Below are positions 49,090 through 62,310 of a stretch of 64,000 bases of DNA, piece after piece. A model generated the notes under the pieces. That model was given only the letters and a program-made list of their open reading frames with translations, was not told the origin of the DNA and ran no database searches. This DNA comes from Diadema antillarum (taxonomy: Eukaryota), in the NCBI RefSeq assembly GCF_040938485.1, contig NW_027272584.1:186001-250000 (forward strand). Reading direction: 5' to 3'. The stretch's first letter is position 1. Each line of letters starts with the position of its first letter. A program made the position numbers and the translations under genes.

Positions 49090-49419
49090 TTGAGCATTGT
49101 CTATTGGTTTATCATATGTGTGGATGGTATAGCTCTATATAAGAGAGCATTCCAATGTTCATAGACAAACAGTGTGGGAGAAGAATCTCGTATTTTGCGA
49201 GATAATGATATTACGTCAAACGGCATACCCATTAAAGGGGGGGGGGGGGAGGGGCCGATGGTGTGATCATCTCGCGTTGTTCCCATGGACCTGCACTTAA
49301 ATATCCGCTTCCTTTTGTTTCTTGACATAACATCGATTAATCAAATCAACTTTAATAACTCACTAGTGTTTGCTTGTTTGTTTTTTAATGGAAAAATATT
49401 GTGTCAATTAGATATTATT

Positions 49420-49760
49420 CAATTCAATTCAATTCAATTCGTTTTTATTGTCCGTTTCTGGAAATTTGTTTTGTTTGCACGCGTGCAAGTTACATCGATA
49501 CATACAAATCACACGTATAACATAGATACATAGACATGATAGACACACAAAATATATACAACAACACAAGATCAATTAATGTCATTGTCAAAAGTACAAA
49601 AACATCAAAGAGATATTAATCTTTATGAGTCAACGTTGTGTTAGATGCGGTGTGCATATTACATTATACCGGTCATTATTGTATCAGATTATATGAGAGT
49701 TCTAAACAATATAAATGAATGCATCTTTATGTCTAAATAAATGATTGTATAAAAATCTTC
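49420..49760 (-). mobile_element. Probable LINE 3' end, minus strand
   Basis: (ATTCA)n followed by TTTTTATT on plus, i.e. AATAAA plus a (TGAAT)n tail on minus. No coding remnant recognised. Confidence 0.4.
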
Positions 49761-50704
49761 AAGGTTACATACGTGTGTGTGTGCGTGTGTGTATGTATGT
49801 CAACGTACAAAAACGTGGGTCTATGTTTTGCCTAAACCGTATATTCCACCACGGTCGTAATCATTTTTCTCCTGATTAGATATTTTCACTTGACTTTAAC
49901 CTTTGACCTTGGCTGAGTACATGTACGTAATACTGATGACATTATTTTTCCTTGCACAAACCAGTGTGCTGGATGTGGTGAGGTAAAATTCGGTAAACGC
50001 ATTTAGAGTTTATGCTATTGACCGGTAAAAATATATTCAAAATTCATCTGCCTAATCCGTTACCTAAGAATCCATGGTTCCGTACATGGTCATGTTATTC
50101 CCTTTCTTGTACAGGCACTTCTGAAGCAAATGATGCTTCAAAGTTGTGCTCCTATCAAAAGGAGGAGTCATGTCGTACCAATACGAGAGCCGCTGTCATG
50201 GCAACCGTATCACTTGCTAGAAGTCATCTTCCAATAAACAAGACCTGAGAATGAAACAACATGGAACCTTTATAATCCATAGAAACTATTCAAGCACGTG
50301 GCAACTGATGGATTGAACTGATTTGTTTGGTTGGGTTGTTTTGTTTTGTTGGGTTTTTTTTTTTTTGCAGAAAGAAGAATTAAAGTACTATTTTTCGGTC
50401 ATGTTATCTTTGCTCTATAAATATGGGGAAAATATGTGTGATTATATACTTTTTTTCTTTTCTTAATGTTCTTCCAATTTCAAACATACCCACACACAAA
50501 ATCGGAAATACTAACTTTGCAATATAAGACATCGGGCAAAATAAAGTAGTATAGATGTTCATAAGAACAGATTTCAAAGAGGAAAGATAAATTTCATGAA
50601 ATTCTATATGTTTTCACCTATATATTATAGTGTTGATAAATGAATAAATATTTTCCAATTAGCTATACGGTCATATGTATATCAACATTTATTCTGCCAG
50701 TAGT

Positions 50705-50948
50705 CAGGGTTCGATACACGCGATGGCCTGATGCCCCGGGGCCATTAAAAATTGGTGTCGGGTGACCACATTAATATTTTGGTGGCCCGATCTGACAACA
50801 AAGATTCAAAATGTATTGTTGCTTTTGCTTTTTTTCGGACCATCAATGTTTGAGATTTAAGTATTTTTGGTGGCTCGAACGGGCGACCAGCCACCAGGTA
50901 AAAAAAAAAAAAAAAAAAAAAAAAACAACACGCTTTTGTCGAGCCCTG
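50705..50948. mobile_element. hAT-like MITE
   Basis: CAGGGTTCGATA / TGTCGAGCCCTG termini. No clear TSD. Confidence 0.6.
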
Positions 50949-53653
50949 TGTTAGTGTTCATAGGCCTATACACAAGAGCATCATATAAATCATTATCCAG
51001 TGGTAATAGTGCAACTATAAACCAGAGTCTTTGCTGTCATCTAGGTTGATATGCATAAACATTTTGTTTTTTGTCCTTTTCCATATCCTCTCATGTCAGG
51101 CAAGGAGGTCTTGTGGTAACTTGGGAGTGTATACACTTCCAGGGGACGATTAATACCATGACGTCATCATGTAAAAAATAAATAGCGAAAATTAGCAAAA
51201 TTTCACAATCCCATAACATCTACATTTTTACATCCGATTAAAAGGAAATTGTCGCTCCCATAAAATTTATATCTTTATATTCAGAGTTGACTAACTTTTA
51301 ACTGGTCCGGAGTTGTCCTTCAATACGGCTCACGAGAAATAAACTCCCCAAAGAAAAACTGGATTCCCTCAAAGTCTCATATTTGAAGTCAGATTTTACT
51401 CCAAATTCCTGAACCGAAACGAGAGCTTAATTACATTTCAAGCAATGTTCATAGGTATGTTTTTCCCTATATATGGCCGACTATTTACTTGACCTGATTC
51501 TAGACCTTATCGGATCGACCGTATATTAGTAGCTAACGGATACCATACAATGAAGCTGCCACTGTTAATTCTATTGAGACTACTGACAACCCGGGTACTC
51601 ATAATGTCAATGGCGGCTTTTGTCGCTGGACATGAGTGAGTTAATCGAATTCGAGAGACGTTGGACGACTAGGAAGAGCTCAAATTAATGCACATTATTG
51701 TCAGGAAGTCAAAGGAAAGCTGGCTATGCTAGTGCCCCACTTATTCACGCATCAAGAGGGGTGGATTTAAGTATATCTACCTAAATGAGCAGGGACCTCC
51801 CTGCTACGAGATAGTGTAACTTCCCGTAGGATTAAAACATGACACACACCGGGTTCCGTTATAAGCAATGGGTTAACTTGATTCTAATGGGGCAAGAGGG
51901 GGGGGGGGGTGGGGGTGGAGGAGGGTCGGGAAGGCGGAGGGTAGCTGGTTGCGAGGACTAATTTAACTCAGGGTGATTTCTCTCCGTGTTCGAGTTACGT
52001 TTCATGAACAGAGTGAGGCCTGTGAGGTGAAATAGATAAGACTGTCGGCAAGTTCATTAGAAACGAACAAAAGCTATAATTAAAGTAATTTAATTTTTAA
52101 CTTTAACTTCTTCTGTAATAGCAGTGATGTTGATCACTTACAACAGTATAATCAAATACAATGGGGATGTCTTCTAAGACCCACAAAGTCCCATCATCCA
52201 ATTATTAGTCTAGACAAAAAAAAAAACCATGAACATTTACTTTTTTTTAAGCCATATACATCACCATGATCAGTGATAATATGGCCTACAAAATGGCTGC
52301 CAGGTTTGGTTTTTGTCTTCCCTCTGCGATAACCTCGTATTCAAGAAATTATACAATGATATTCTTTTTATCTGTTCCAGAAAATAGACACAAGATAACC
52401 ACGATAACTAGAAGTTCGTGCATTGACCGATGGGGTATCTTTTTGCAGATATCATTTGTTTAAAAACCTTCTCAATTGTGAACGTTCACAACTTTTTCCC
52501 CCTTCAATTTCAGTGAAACTTCCAAATGAATCGTTCGAAATTCTGTTTGGTTGATTTTACTCTTTAATTATCAGAGTGCACGTTGGACCTGTAAGACTGA
52601 CTCTGACAGGTTGGAGGTATTGTGTCTTCGAAGCAGTTGGTTATCATTTTTTTTTTTTTTTAAGAAGAAACCCACCCCCAAAATTGATAAACTTCAAAAG
52701 AAAGAGAAAAATATTCCCTTCGAGATGATTAAAAAAATGTCAAAATCGGATAAGAAATAAGAAAGAATTATGACATTTTGAAATTTCATAGGTTTTTTAA
52801 AGCATTTCTTGACCAGTCCTTATGAATATTCAAATGAATGACTGTTGTTTTATATGAAATTCTGGAAATTGTTATTTGTAACCTCATACAAGTAAGTTTG
52901 TTCTCATACTAAGATAAATCAGAGGTAACATTTTGTTTGTTTGGGTTTTTTTTTTTGGGGGGGGATGGTAGAAAAAGCTGAAATATGAGATTGTTGTCAT
53001 TTCTGTATATGAAATGAATAGGATATTGTGAGAACATGACATTGTCAATTTGCTGATCTGAATATTCATACGGACTGGTCAAAAATGCTTTCCTATCAAA
53101 TGTGAAATGTCAAAATGTCATTATTTGTCATATCTCTTATTAGATTTTGGTCATTTTCGTATCGTTCTGTAGAATTTTTTTCTCTTTATTTATTTTTGAG
53201 GTGGATTAATTATTCTTTAAAGAGATAATCATTCTTGTGATCAACGACATTTTGAGAAAACTTACGTCTTCGCTTGAATGTTGTGAGGTCAGATTTAACA
53301 GAGGTATTTTTCGGGGAGAAAAAGAAGAATCGACATAGCGATGAGTCAGCAGCGTGTCGTTGTTCCGTTACTGTCGCTTTGGGATTCTAAATAATCCGAG
53401 TTTTTCCGCTCATTGCAGCCTGTCATTATTTATCTATTTATATATCCTTTTTTTTGGGGGGGGGGGGTGGGTGGGAGGCGGGGGCTTGGGTGGGGGATAT
53501 GAAAGGCTGGTTAATCATTATTGACATTATTGTGATTTTACAGACTAATGATCAGTTAGCATACTTCTGGTGTTCACTGAGTCAGCAGCTCACGAACTGT
53601 TCCAATTATATCATCACTTTCTGGAATCCGAGTAATCCAATGTAATAAACTAT

Positions 53654-54106
53654 GGGCCTTTCAACACGTACCAAGTTGCTTAATTACAAACTTGTTTGCA
53701 ATTAAGTTTCAAATCACCGTCAGTTCACACGCAGGAAGAAGCTTTGCGGATTGATGCGGTTTTGAATATTAGAGTGAGGAGGGGAGGCGTGGCTTCTATC
53801 CAAGTACCCGTCAAGCACTCTTGTAGCCTGTGTAATAGCGTGGGTTTTCTCCGGAAGTGATTGAAGAGTCAGGTAAGCTCCGCCCCAAAAATTTAATTGT
53901 GGAGGTCAATCACGTTCACACGCTGGTTTCGTTGCTTAATTCTGGTGAAACGTGATGGAAAAACACCTACGGACCGTGATTTGAATCACCCTCTGCAATT
54001 CCAGTTTCCGTTCACACGGCAAATTTGCTTAATTACAAACTTGATTTGAGTTTGCTTGATTACAATATTGTTTCAAATTAAGCAATCTCGGTACGTGTGA
54101 ATGTCC
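53654..54106. mobile_element. Harbinger-like MITE with internal TTCACAC sub-repeats
   Basis: GGGCCTTTCAACACGTACC / GGTACGTGTGAATGTCC imperfect TIR, and an internal duplicated TTGCTTAATTACAAACTTG. Confidence 0.55.
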
Positions 54107-55790
54107 GTGTTATTTCATCTGCGTATCTTTTCGGGGCGGGAAATGGGGAAGGGAGGGGGTGAGATGAAGGGTATTTTTCAAGGTTAGTCAATAATAAATA
54201 AAAAATCTTTCATTTATTTAAGTTTCTTTTTAAGCACCAACGACATTAAAATTGAAAAGAGCGAAATTGAAATTGCGATTGACGAAAGCAGAGGGCGGCA
54301 GGATATAAACAAAGTGGCACCCCCTGACTTTTAGAGTTTAATGTTTAATAGGACCACTCTTTATTTTCATTATTTTTTTTTTGCTTGCTCTTGGATATCC
54401 CATCCATTTCATAACCGATTTTGTAACCTAGCAAATAAACTTTTAATTCCTTTTAAGATTGTAATACAGTATTGTACGCTCTCTATAAGTGGTTTCTATA
54501 TACCTTGAAAAAAGTTTAACCTGAATCTCCATATCTCGACCAAAACTATACCACCCTTTAACTACGTCACCCCTTTAACTACGAAGTAGTTAAAAAGAAC
54601 AAGTCCGCCCTCATAGACATGTGGATTGAGTGAATGCAGCAATAATTATAGAATACATCATTGAGATTTTGAGGAAAATCGGACAATCCGTTCAAAAGTT
54701 ATGAATTTTTGAGGTTTCTGCTCAGTTGCTGCGTTGCCATGGTTGTGTGAGAAGACCACTACAGTGTATGATGACACATTGTGCAGAACGATGTAAAGAA
54801 GGTTATAACGAAAATTCAATTTTTTTTTTGTACTTTTCTCGCATAATAAAAGAACGCTTGACTTGCCACTTTTAGAAGGCAGGGGGAATAATATTATCCT
54901 TAACAAACGTCAGTGACAAGTTGAGGAAATGTGCACTTTAAGAAACTAGAGAGGGGCCGTCAAAGGCGGCAGACCCACGCCTATAAGTACAAAGTCGGGG
55001 TAAACATAATGTGCATTCGGTCATCTACCAGAATTCGGCCACTTAATTGCCAGTGTGCTTTATCACCAGCCAGTGAGTTCTACCAAAGATCGTACACTGA
55101 AGTGTACGATCTTTGGTTCTACAGTCACATCACACGCAAATCACATCATTACGCATACGGTATTAACACTCATTCACGTACAGGAAAGTCCTTAAGTCTC
55201 CTCCAAAAATCCATCGAAAATCCCAAATTCCACCGTCAAAAGTGCAGAATCGGAACTTTTCCAAGCGCGCGCGAATTAAGTCCAGTTTTAAGAGTATTGT
55301 CTACGCGACGGGTCGCCGAAAAAGCGCTAAAAATCGAGAAATACGCCGTTTTCTTGCGGGATATTTTGATTATAGCAAGCCGAGAGTGTGATGATATCAA
55401 AGGCCGTATGAGTGTACGATCTTTGATGGTATCCACAAAAGCGCAAGAGAAAAACAAAATTTACGTACACCAGTACCCCCTAGGCAATTACCCCTATGAT
55501 TAGTGTCTACGGGAATTATTCAATGCAAGGGTTGAATGCAAATGTCTACTGCACCAGTATTCGGCCACCTACGAGCGCCGCAACGTCCCCGATGCAATTT
55601 TGCACCAACAGTGTAGAGCGCGATGCATTTTCAGCGGCCTTGCACACGCATTGACATTGAGCGCGCATATCGTGCAGTGTGACTGCGTCCGAGCAAATGC
55701 TCCTCCAACGAAAAAAACAATCAATGTTAATTTGAAAAATCATCAAAATACGGGCCAGTTTGTGATGACGGAGAACGAACTTTCATAAAT

Positions 55791-56216
55791 CTAGAAGGAC
55801 ATAGTCCCTCAAATAGGCCTAAACGTAAATTTCGGAATTCTTACGAACATTTCAGCAGCGAAGTCGGATCGTTTGGGAGTTTATGTTTTCGTATGGTAGC
55901 GGAAAATCGCAAAGTGAGAAACGGGAAATTTTCGGAGTGGTCACTATACCATGGGGTCAAAACTTCAAGGTCACACAGAATTTGCAAGGGTCAACCGATT
56001 ATCACCAAAATCTAATCGATTCTTTCCTGCCATTATCCAAACATCCCCATAACATTTCGTGCAAATCCGTTTACCCGTTCTCTTGTTATCTTGTACACAA
56101 ACAAACAAACAAACAAACAAACAAACAAACAAACTTACAAACAAACAAACAAACAAACAAACAAACATACGGAACCCTTCACATAACCCCCTGCCGATTT
56201 TCATCGGCGTGGGTAA
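55791..56216 (+). mobile_element. HINE/DINE-like non-autonomous element: (CAAA)n microsatellite plus 3' stem-loop
   Basis: (ACAA)n at about 56096-56166, then CCC-TGCCGA-TTTTCA-TCGGC-GTGGG-TAA. This matches the core/microsatellite/hairpin layout known for Helentron-associated elements. Confidence 0.45.
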
Positions 56217-56934
56217 AAATGTGAAATTCTCTTTATATTTAACTTGTATCGTTAAACGCACGTGACATCATGCATGCACTGTACTAGTCTCCTCAACCAG
56301 CAATGACTGCACAGGTACTTTAAAAATCATAACTTTTTAACGGATAGTCCGATTTTCCCCAAACTTTCACTGATGTGTTCTAGTAATTTTGCTGCATTAA
56401 CTAAACCCACATGTCTACGAAGGTGGACTTGTCCTTTAAAGACACCAAAGTCTCAATTCATGTGTCGCCATCATATTATCATTTGTCGCAGTGCCAAGAA
56501 ATCATTACCACGCACATTGTAGAACGCCTTAGCCAAAATTGTGTGCTTTAATATTGTCTTCACTTTCAATGGAATAACTTGTGTTTAATTGGATCATTTT
56601 TTTTTCACTTCAAACATGTGTCAAGGGCGAGGCTAAAATGAAGGACAGTTTACAATCAGAACGCCTACGAATACAACAATCCGTATTCTGATAGGACTAT
56701 AAAGCAGAAGAGGTAATTGATAATAAACTTAGGAAAGCAGGTCCAATAATGTATAAAAAAGAGTGAAATGCATGAATCCATGAACAGAAATGACACAATC
56801 AAGCTGCACTTCACAATGAAATTATATGGCATTCAGTCATCGTTTAATCTCACATGAAAGGGGAAAATAGATAAATGAGTGACATGCGAATCGGCGTCTC
56901 TCATGAAAGACTGTGTAAACAAGAAAACAAAGTA

Positions 56935-57802
56935 CACTGTAAAAACATCGGTGTTAGATTTAACACCACGGGTGTTAAATCTAACACCGATCAAACTTCA
57001 ATAAAGGACCACAGCCACAGGTGTTAAAAATGCACTGTGATGGTATTGAAAAGTGTTCACCTGACACTTCGTGGTGTTATTTTGACACTGTACTAGTGTT
57101 AATTCAAAAATGACACCACATGGTGTTGATTTGATATTTGTTGGTGTTAATATCAATGGTTTAACACCCGTCCAGCTTCAATAAGAGACCACACCAGCTG
57201 GTGTTACTGTGGTGTAAATCTATTTTCACATTTTTTCAAAAATCTAGTATTCTAATGTAAAATTCTTGATCGTCTTGTTTAAATTAAAAATAAAAAAGAA
57301 GTTCAGTTCAGTTCAGTTCAGTTCAGTTCAGTTTTCATTTCTGCATTTCAGAATCAATACAAATCAACAAATCAACAAAATACTTACATAGTCATTTACA
57401 CAGCTAATATTCGTAACGTTTGGATCTTACATACATTTTCTTTTTTTCAAGAACGAATATCTTATATGAAAGGAAGCAATAGGAAATGATAAAAATGAAA
57501 TGCAGGGGACCATCATCATAAGCTAAGCTTGACGAGGAAGATGGCCCCAGGTAAAGAGATACATAAAGAAAATCTTGCCACTCACTGAGTGGGAAGTAAT
57601 TGTGCGAAGGACGTGCGGTGCAGTGCGGTGTGCATTGTGTTGGGATGAATCATCCCAAGTGCAGTTACTAAGAAACTCTCTTCAAAAAACAGTTTAAAAT
57701 TTGGAAATGACACTCGGAGGTGTTAATTTAACACCATAAATTAGCACCGAAAATTTAGCACCAGCTCGGTGTTCACTATTTAACACCGGACTTTTTGCAG
57801 TG
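56935..57802. mobile_element. CACTG...CAGTG MITE (GGTGTTAA-rich) with a nested minus-strand LINE 3' end (about 57290..57600)
   Basis: TA|CACTGTAAAAA ... TTTTTGCAGTG. The insert has a (TGAAC)n tail on minus and the stem-loop GGGGCCATC...CAAGCTTAGCTT...GATGGTCCCC. Confidence 0.7.
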
Positions 57803-58752
57803 AAAGTATAGAAGCTGAAAATAAATGTTATTTCGTTTCATCGCTTATCTGAATTACTGATGTCAAAATTGGTAGGTAAACAATGTAGCGTACGCTATGG
57901 TGGTGGGACAAAACAATTCAAAATACTAATGGATCATTGTGTTTCGTATTTTGTTAGACATTCATCTTCAAAACTCCACATTTCTATGTGACCGCTTAAC
58001 CAAATTGAATGGGGTTTTCTGCAAAATAAAGCTAAGATGTTATATTTTAAGACCCTGAAGTAGCATTTAGAGCATGTAGAGGGTGTAATAAAATTGGGTG
58101 TTATCAATGCAAAAATCCGATTGTATTTTTTTTTTTTTTTTGGGGGGGGACATACTGTATGACAGAGACGGAGGGAAAAAACAGACAACAAATTCACGTC
58201 AAGGTCTCACACCTTTATCTACAGTGGACCAGTCCGATATTTACCACTTTTTCCTCAACGTTAGATGAAAAAAATAAATGGGGATTTACACATTTTTCTC
58301 TTCCCCTTTTTTGGCAAACAAACTTGTTAAAAACTAATTTGGTGTGGATGATGAGAATGAATTCCTCTACAAAACCCATTTCATTCGGAGGTTAAACACG
58401 ATGTCTTTTACATTTAGAGAACTAATGTTTTGTTTTACTGTATGTTAGCGTAGATTTAGAGACGTTTGAAAATGTTTGAGCAGGGAAAAGAAAAGAAAAA
58501 AACCTGCAGATCTTTTTTAAAGGAAATCTGAGCGCAGTTGAACAGAACCAGATCTTTGCAAATTTCAGAATTAGAGTAAAATAAGTCTACTAATAGATAT
58601 GAAATTTTACTACAAACTCTGAATCTTTGGTGTACTTTGTACAACATACACAAAAATTTATATGAAACGTGCGTCAATAGATTATGTAGAAAATGTTTGC
58701 CTGACGTATTGTGTGAAAACTACGAAGGTAAAGGCAATTATATACGACTTAA

Positions 58753-59233
58753 AGTACAAGTCCACCTTCATAAGCATGTGGACTGCGAGAATGTAGCAAT
58801 ATTAGTAGAACACATTAATGAGTGTTTGAGTAAAATTAGACAATCCTTTCAAGAGTTATGAATTTTCGAAATTTCAATTCCGCGATCGCTGGATGTAAAG
58901 CTTGTGATGTCATATGTGTAGAACAATATAAAGAAAATTAGGCCTATAGAGAAAATTCAACATAATTCTACTTTTCCAGCACACATACACAAAAAAGTAC
59001 ATGACTTGCCTCTTTCAGAAGGCAGGGAGAGTAATATTACCTTTAACACATTTCGGTGACAGTTGAGGCCACGTGTATTTTCTTTTTAACGAAGAAATTT
59101 TGTGGAATTCTCATATCACTCTACGCAAGTGACAACAAACTGCAGTACTCTTCTTGTCCAGCAGTGACTTCACAGAAACTTTAATAATTCATAACTTTTG
59201 AAATCCACATGTACATGAAGGTGGACTTGTCCT
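58753..59233. mobile_element. Kolobok-type MITE
   Basis: TTAA|AGTACAAGTCCACCTTCAT ... ATGAAGGTGGACTTGTCCT|TTAA. Related partial copies near 23025, 54650-54900 and 56330-56437. Confidence 0.82.
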
Positions 59234-59585
59234 TTAAGGGTAATGACGACAAATCACACGAACACGCCTTGCGAAATGACATATGGTTGGCATCAACTGC
59301 TTACTGTACCATTTACTCATCAAGGATTAACCACAAAGGGTTGGTAAGTAGGACTCCCCCTTTGTATTACTAACGACCATGCACTTAACCGGAGGACTAT
59401 TAATAACCAAGTAGGCCTTTGGCAGTAGTGATGACGTCATTTTCTCACAAGTCGCTCTATGCAAGGGCCGTGGATATGCCCCCCCATTTTGCCCATAATT
59501 CCGATAATCTGAATTTAACGCCGTAAAAACCCTAGGTTTTTCGCTCGATAAACAGATTTTTTTAATGCTTATCGAGCCGCAAAGC

Positions 59586-59830
59586 CCAGTTTGTTTTTTA
59601 GGAGAAACTGTGCGTATAAAGCGGAAAACGTAGTTTTTCGAGAGAAACTTGCGTATCGAGCGCAAAACCTAGTTTTTCTAGAGAAACTGTTCTTAGAGCG
59701 GAAAACGTAGTTTTTCGAGAGAAACGGAGCTTATCGAGTGGAAAACCAAGTTTTTGGAGAGAAACAGTCTTTATCGAGCGGAAAACCTAGTTTATCGCGA
59801 TAATCTGAATTTATCGCCGAAAAACTCAGT
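59586..59830. repeat. 38-40-bp minisatellite, about 5-6 copies
   Basis: Units start at 59623, 59662, 59700, 59740 and 59780. Consensus GGAAAACNTAGTTTTTCGAGAGAAAC-n-TATCGAGC. Confidence 0.85.
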
Positions 59831-60422
59831 TTATCAGGCGATAAACTAAGTCTATCGAACGAAAAACTTAGTTCATTGTAGTTTATTGCGGTTATCTGAG
59901 TTTATCACCAAAACACTGTTGATTATTTATTTGTTTATCGCTATAAACTTAGTTGTTCTTCCTTTGATAAACTGCGTTTTTCAGTTGATAAACAACTTTA
60001 TCAATGAACACAGTTCCGCTCGAACAAGCTTCTGGAATCTTTTTACTCGTATAGCGGTGATTCATGGTACACGACAAGCCGTAGGAGGGCGCGACACCAA
60101 AGAATTGCGATACTCCGAGGACTGCGATACGGGGGAAAACTTACTTTTCGTTCGGCGTGCCGTCTCAAGATTATGGCAGTCAGAAAATTTGCGCCCTCTC
60201 TTGATCCATCGCAATTGGCAAATTATAGCACCTAGAAAAAAAAGAGGCAGAACTAAGACCACGAAATCGGGGAATGGCCCAGGGTAGCCTCCAACACACT
60301 CACTCTTGACTCTTCAGAAGAAACTAAAAAGACAAAGAAAAAAAAAACATCACTCTCCTAGAGTTTCGTCTATAGTGTGTGTGTGTGTGTGGGGGGGGGG
60401 GGGCAGTTGCTGCTATAAATGC

Positions 60423-60798
60423 AGGGTGTGTACAGTTCAGGTTGAGGTGAGGATTTAGCTTTTAACGTTTTGCAAGATATTCAGAAACCACTCTATGAGA
60501 TGTCAAAGAGCATGCAATTCTAAGGGGTATCAAAAGTTTATTTGATGAAAATCGGTTTTGAAATGGCTGAGATATCCAAAAAACAAGGTGAAAAAAAGAG
60601 ATCCTAATAAAAGGCATGGCCTGTCGCCTTTTATTATTATCACTTTTTTTGGATATCTCAGGCATTTGAAAACCAATTTCCATCAGATAAACGTTGAATC
60701 CTTCTGAAAATTACATGATCTTTAATTTCATAAGAGGTTTCTCATTATCTCACTTAGGAACATGAATCCCCACCTCAACAGAGTACTGTACAGTGCCT
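60423..60798. mobile_element. Kolobok-type MITE (same family as 39951..40333)
   Basis: End-to-end similarity with 39951..40333. The flanks are not TTAA. Confidence 0.8.
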
Positions 60799-62310
60799 TT
60801 ATTATGACAGCTCTTAAACCGGATTCCTTATTGCATTTTGAATGAATTACTTACAATGTAATGCAGTAACAGACCTGCAAACCTTCCTGAGTGAAAAAAA
60901 ATCAGTCGACGTTTTGGCTAGGAAATAGGAAAGAAAGAGCACTTCCCATATAAATGTGTAAACTTCCCATATAAGTGTGTAATAGAATATTCTCAAGAAA
61001 AAAAAAATAAGGTAAGTCCTGTTGAAACAAGAGCGGGAAATGGTCAAAATTCAGATTCTTTTCTCGAAATTCAAAATGGTTGGGAGGTCTGCCGGAAGAT
61101 CTGACATCTGTCATGTTTATAACGAATTCCTCAATAATTTGTTCCAGGAAAGGGCCTATATGTTGCGTTTATTCAACTAGTGCAAATAGTATTGTTCATA
61201 ATCATTTCTTTCATTTTTTTCCTTGTCAATTTTATAACTGGCAAGGGAACGACGTCATCTCATTTGAATATCTGTTGGATGTTGTTTACAGGAATCAATG
61301 CTGTAAGACGGCCATAGTCGTGTGTCGATGGCACTGTTCAAACTATCCCACATCAGTCGTCACTGACGGGCAGTAACACCAAGCGTTGGCACGTATTTTT
61401 CTTTTCTTTTGATTCAGGTGAGTGTACAAGAAAGCTAAATTACGAAAGCAATGCCTTTGTAATCCAAATATGAAGAACTTTCAACCAAAAGGCCTTAGAT
61501 TCGTTGAAAAATTATGGATTTAGCGCCTTTTGGTGGCAAGCTCTTCATATTATTGCAGATGGAGTGCAATCCGTCAAAATCCAGTAACACTTCAGTGTAA
61601 TTAGACGAATATCAGACAGTCCGTTCAAAATTCATGCAATTCTAAAGTTTCGGTGTCTTCATACGTTAAAATCAAAAGACCACTAAAATTCGTGATGTCA
61701 CTGCAGAGTGCACCATAGAACGTTACAAAGAAAATGCCACAAAATCTCATGTTTTTATCAAATCAAAAGTGCTCATTCCTTTACTTGTTATGATATCATA
61801 GGATGCATATTTGATATTATCCTCCTGCTTTCTGGAAGAGGGAAGTCAAATGCGCTTTTAACATATTATACCAGAATGAAAATTATATTCTATTCTGCTT
61901 ACATTCTACGAGCTATGTGCATTCATCTGTAACTACTTTAAACCAATTTACCCTCAATCTGTAGACCGTAAATCCACTCCATGCACAAACCACTGACTAT
62001 TCCCCGATTATCCATAACAACCAATAGAAAGGCTTTTTGGATTACCCCTTTCTCTGCAGGATTAGAGAACTGTGGACAGTGTGTAGAATGTTATGGGGGT
62101 TTCTTTAGCAGTCTCGGAACTCAAAGGGGTAATTAAATACCGAGATGTTGGTACTTTTTAATAGCTGTCGGGTCCTGATACTGATTATAATACTTTTATT
62201 AACACTTGTCAATCTATATGAAAAAGGCACTCAAACAATATTTGTTAATATTGTTTTTTTTTTTCTTGGCAGGTAACCACGGGCGTCCCGCTGACGGATT
62301 AAAAAATAAA

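Noticed and set aside
54931-55503. 190-aa ORF as a real gene
   Set aside because: No recognisable domain or compositional signature. It starts inside a Kolobok-type MITE remnant, runs through a palindrome and has no convincing splice context.
59586-59830. CRISPR-like array
   Set aside because: The variable parts are only 4-6 nt, the repeats are degenerate, the context is eukaryotic and there are no cas genes. It is a minisatellite.
62206-62310. N-terminal extension of the galactosyltransferase ORF
   Set aside because: It runs through a polypyrimidine tract and acceptor (62272). The ATG at 62311 gives a normal type II topology.
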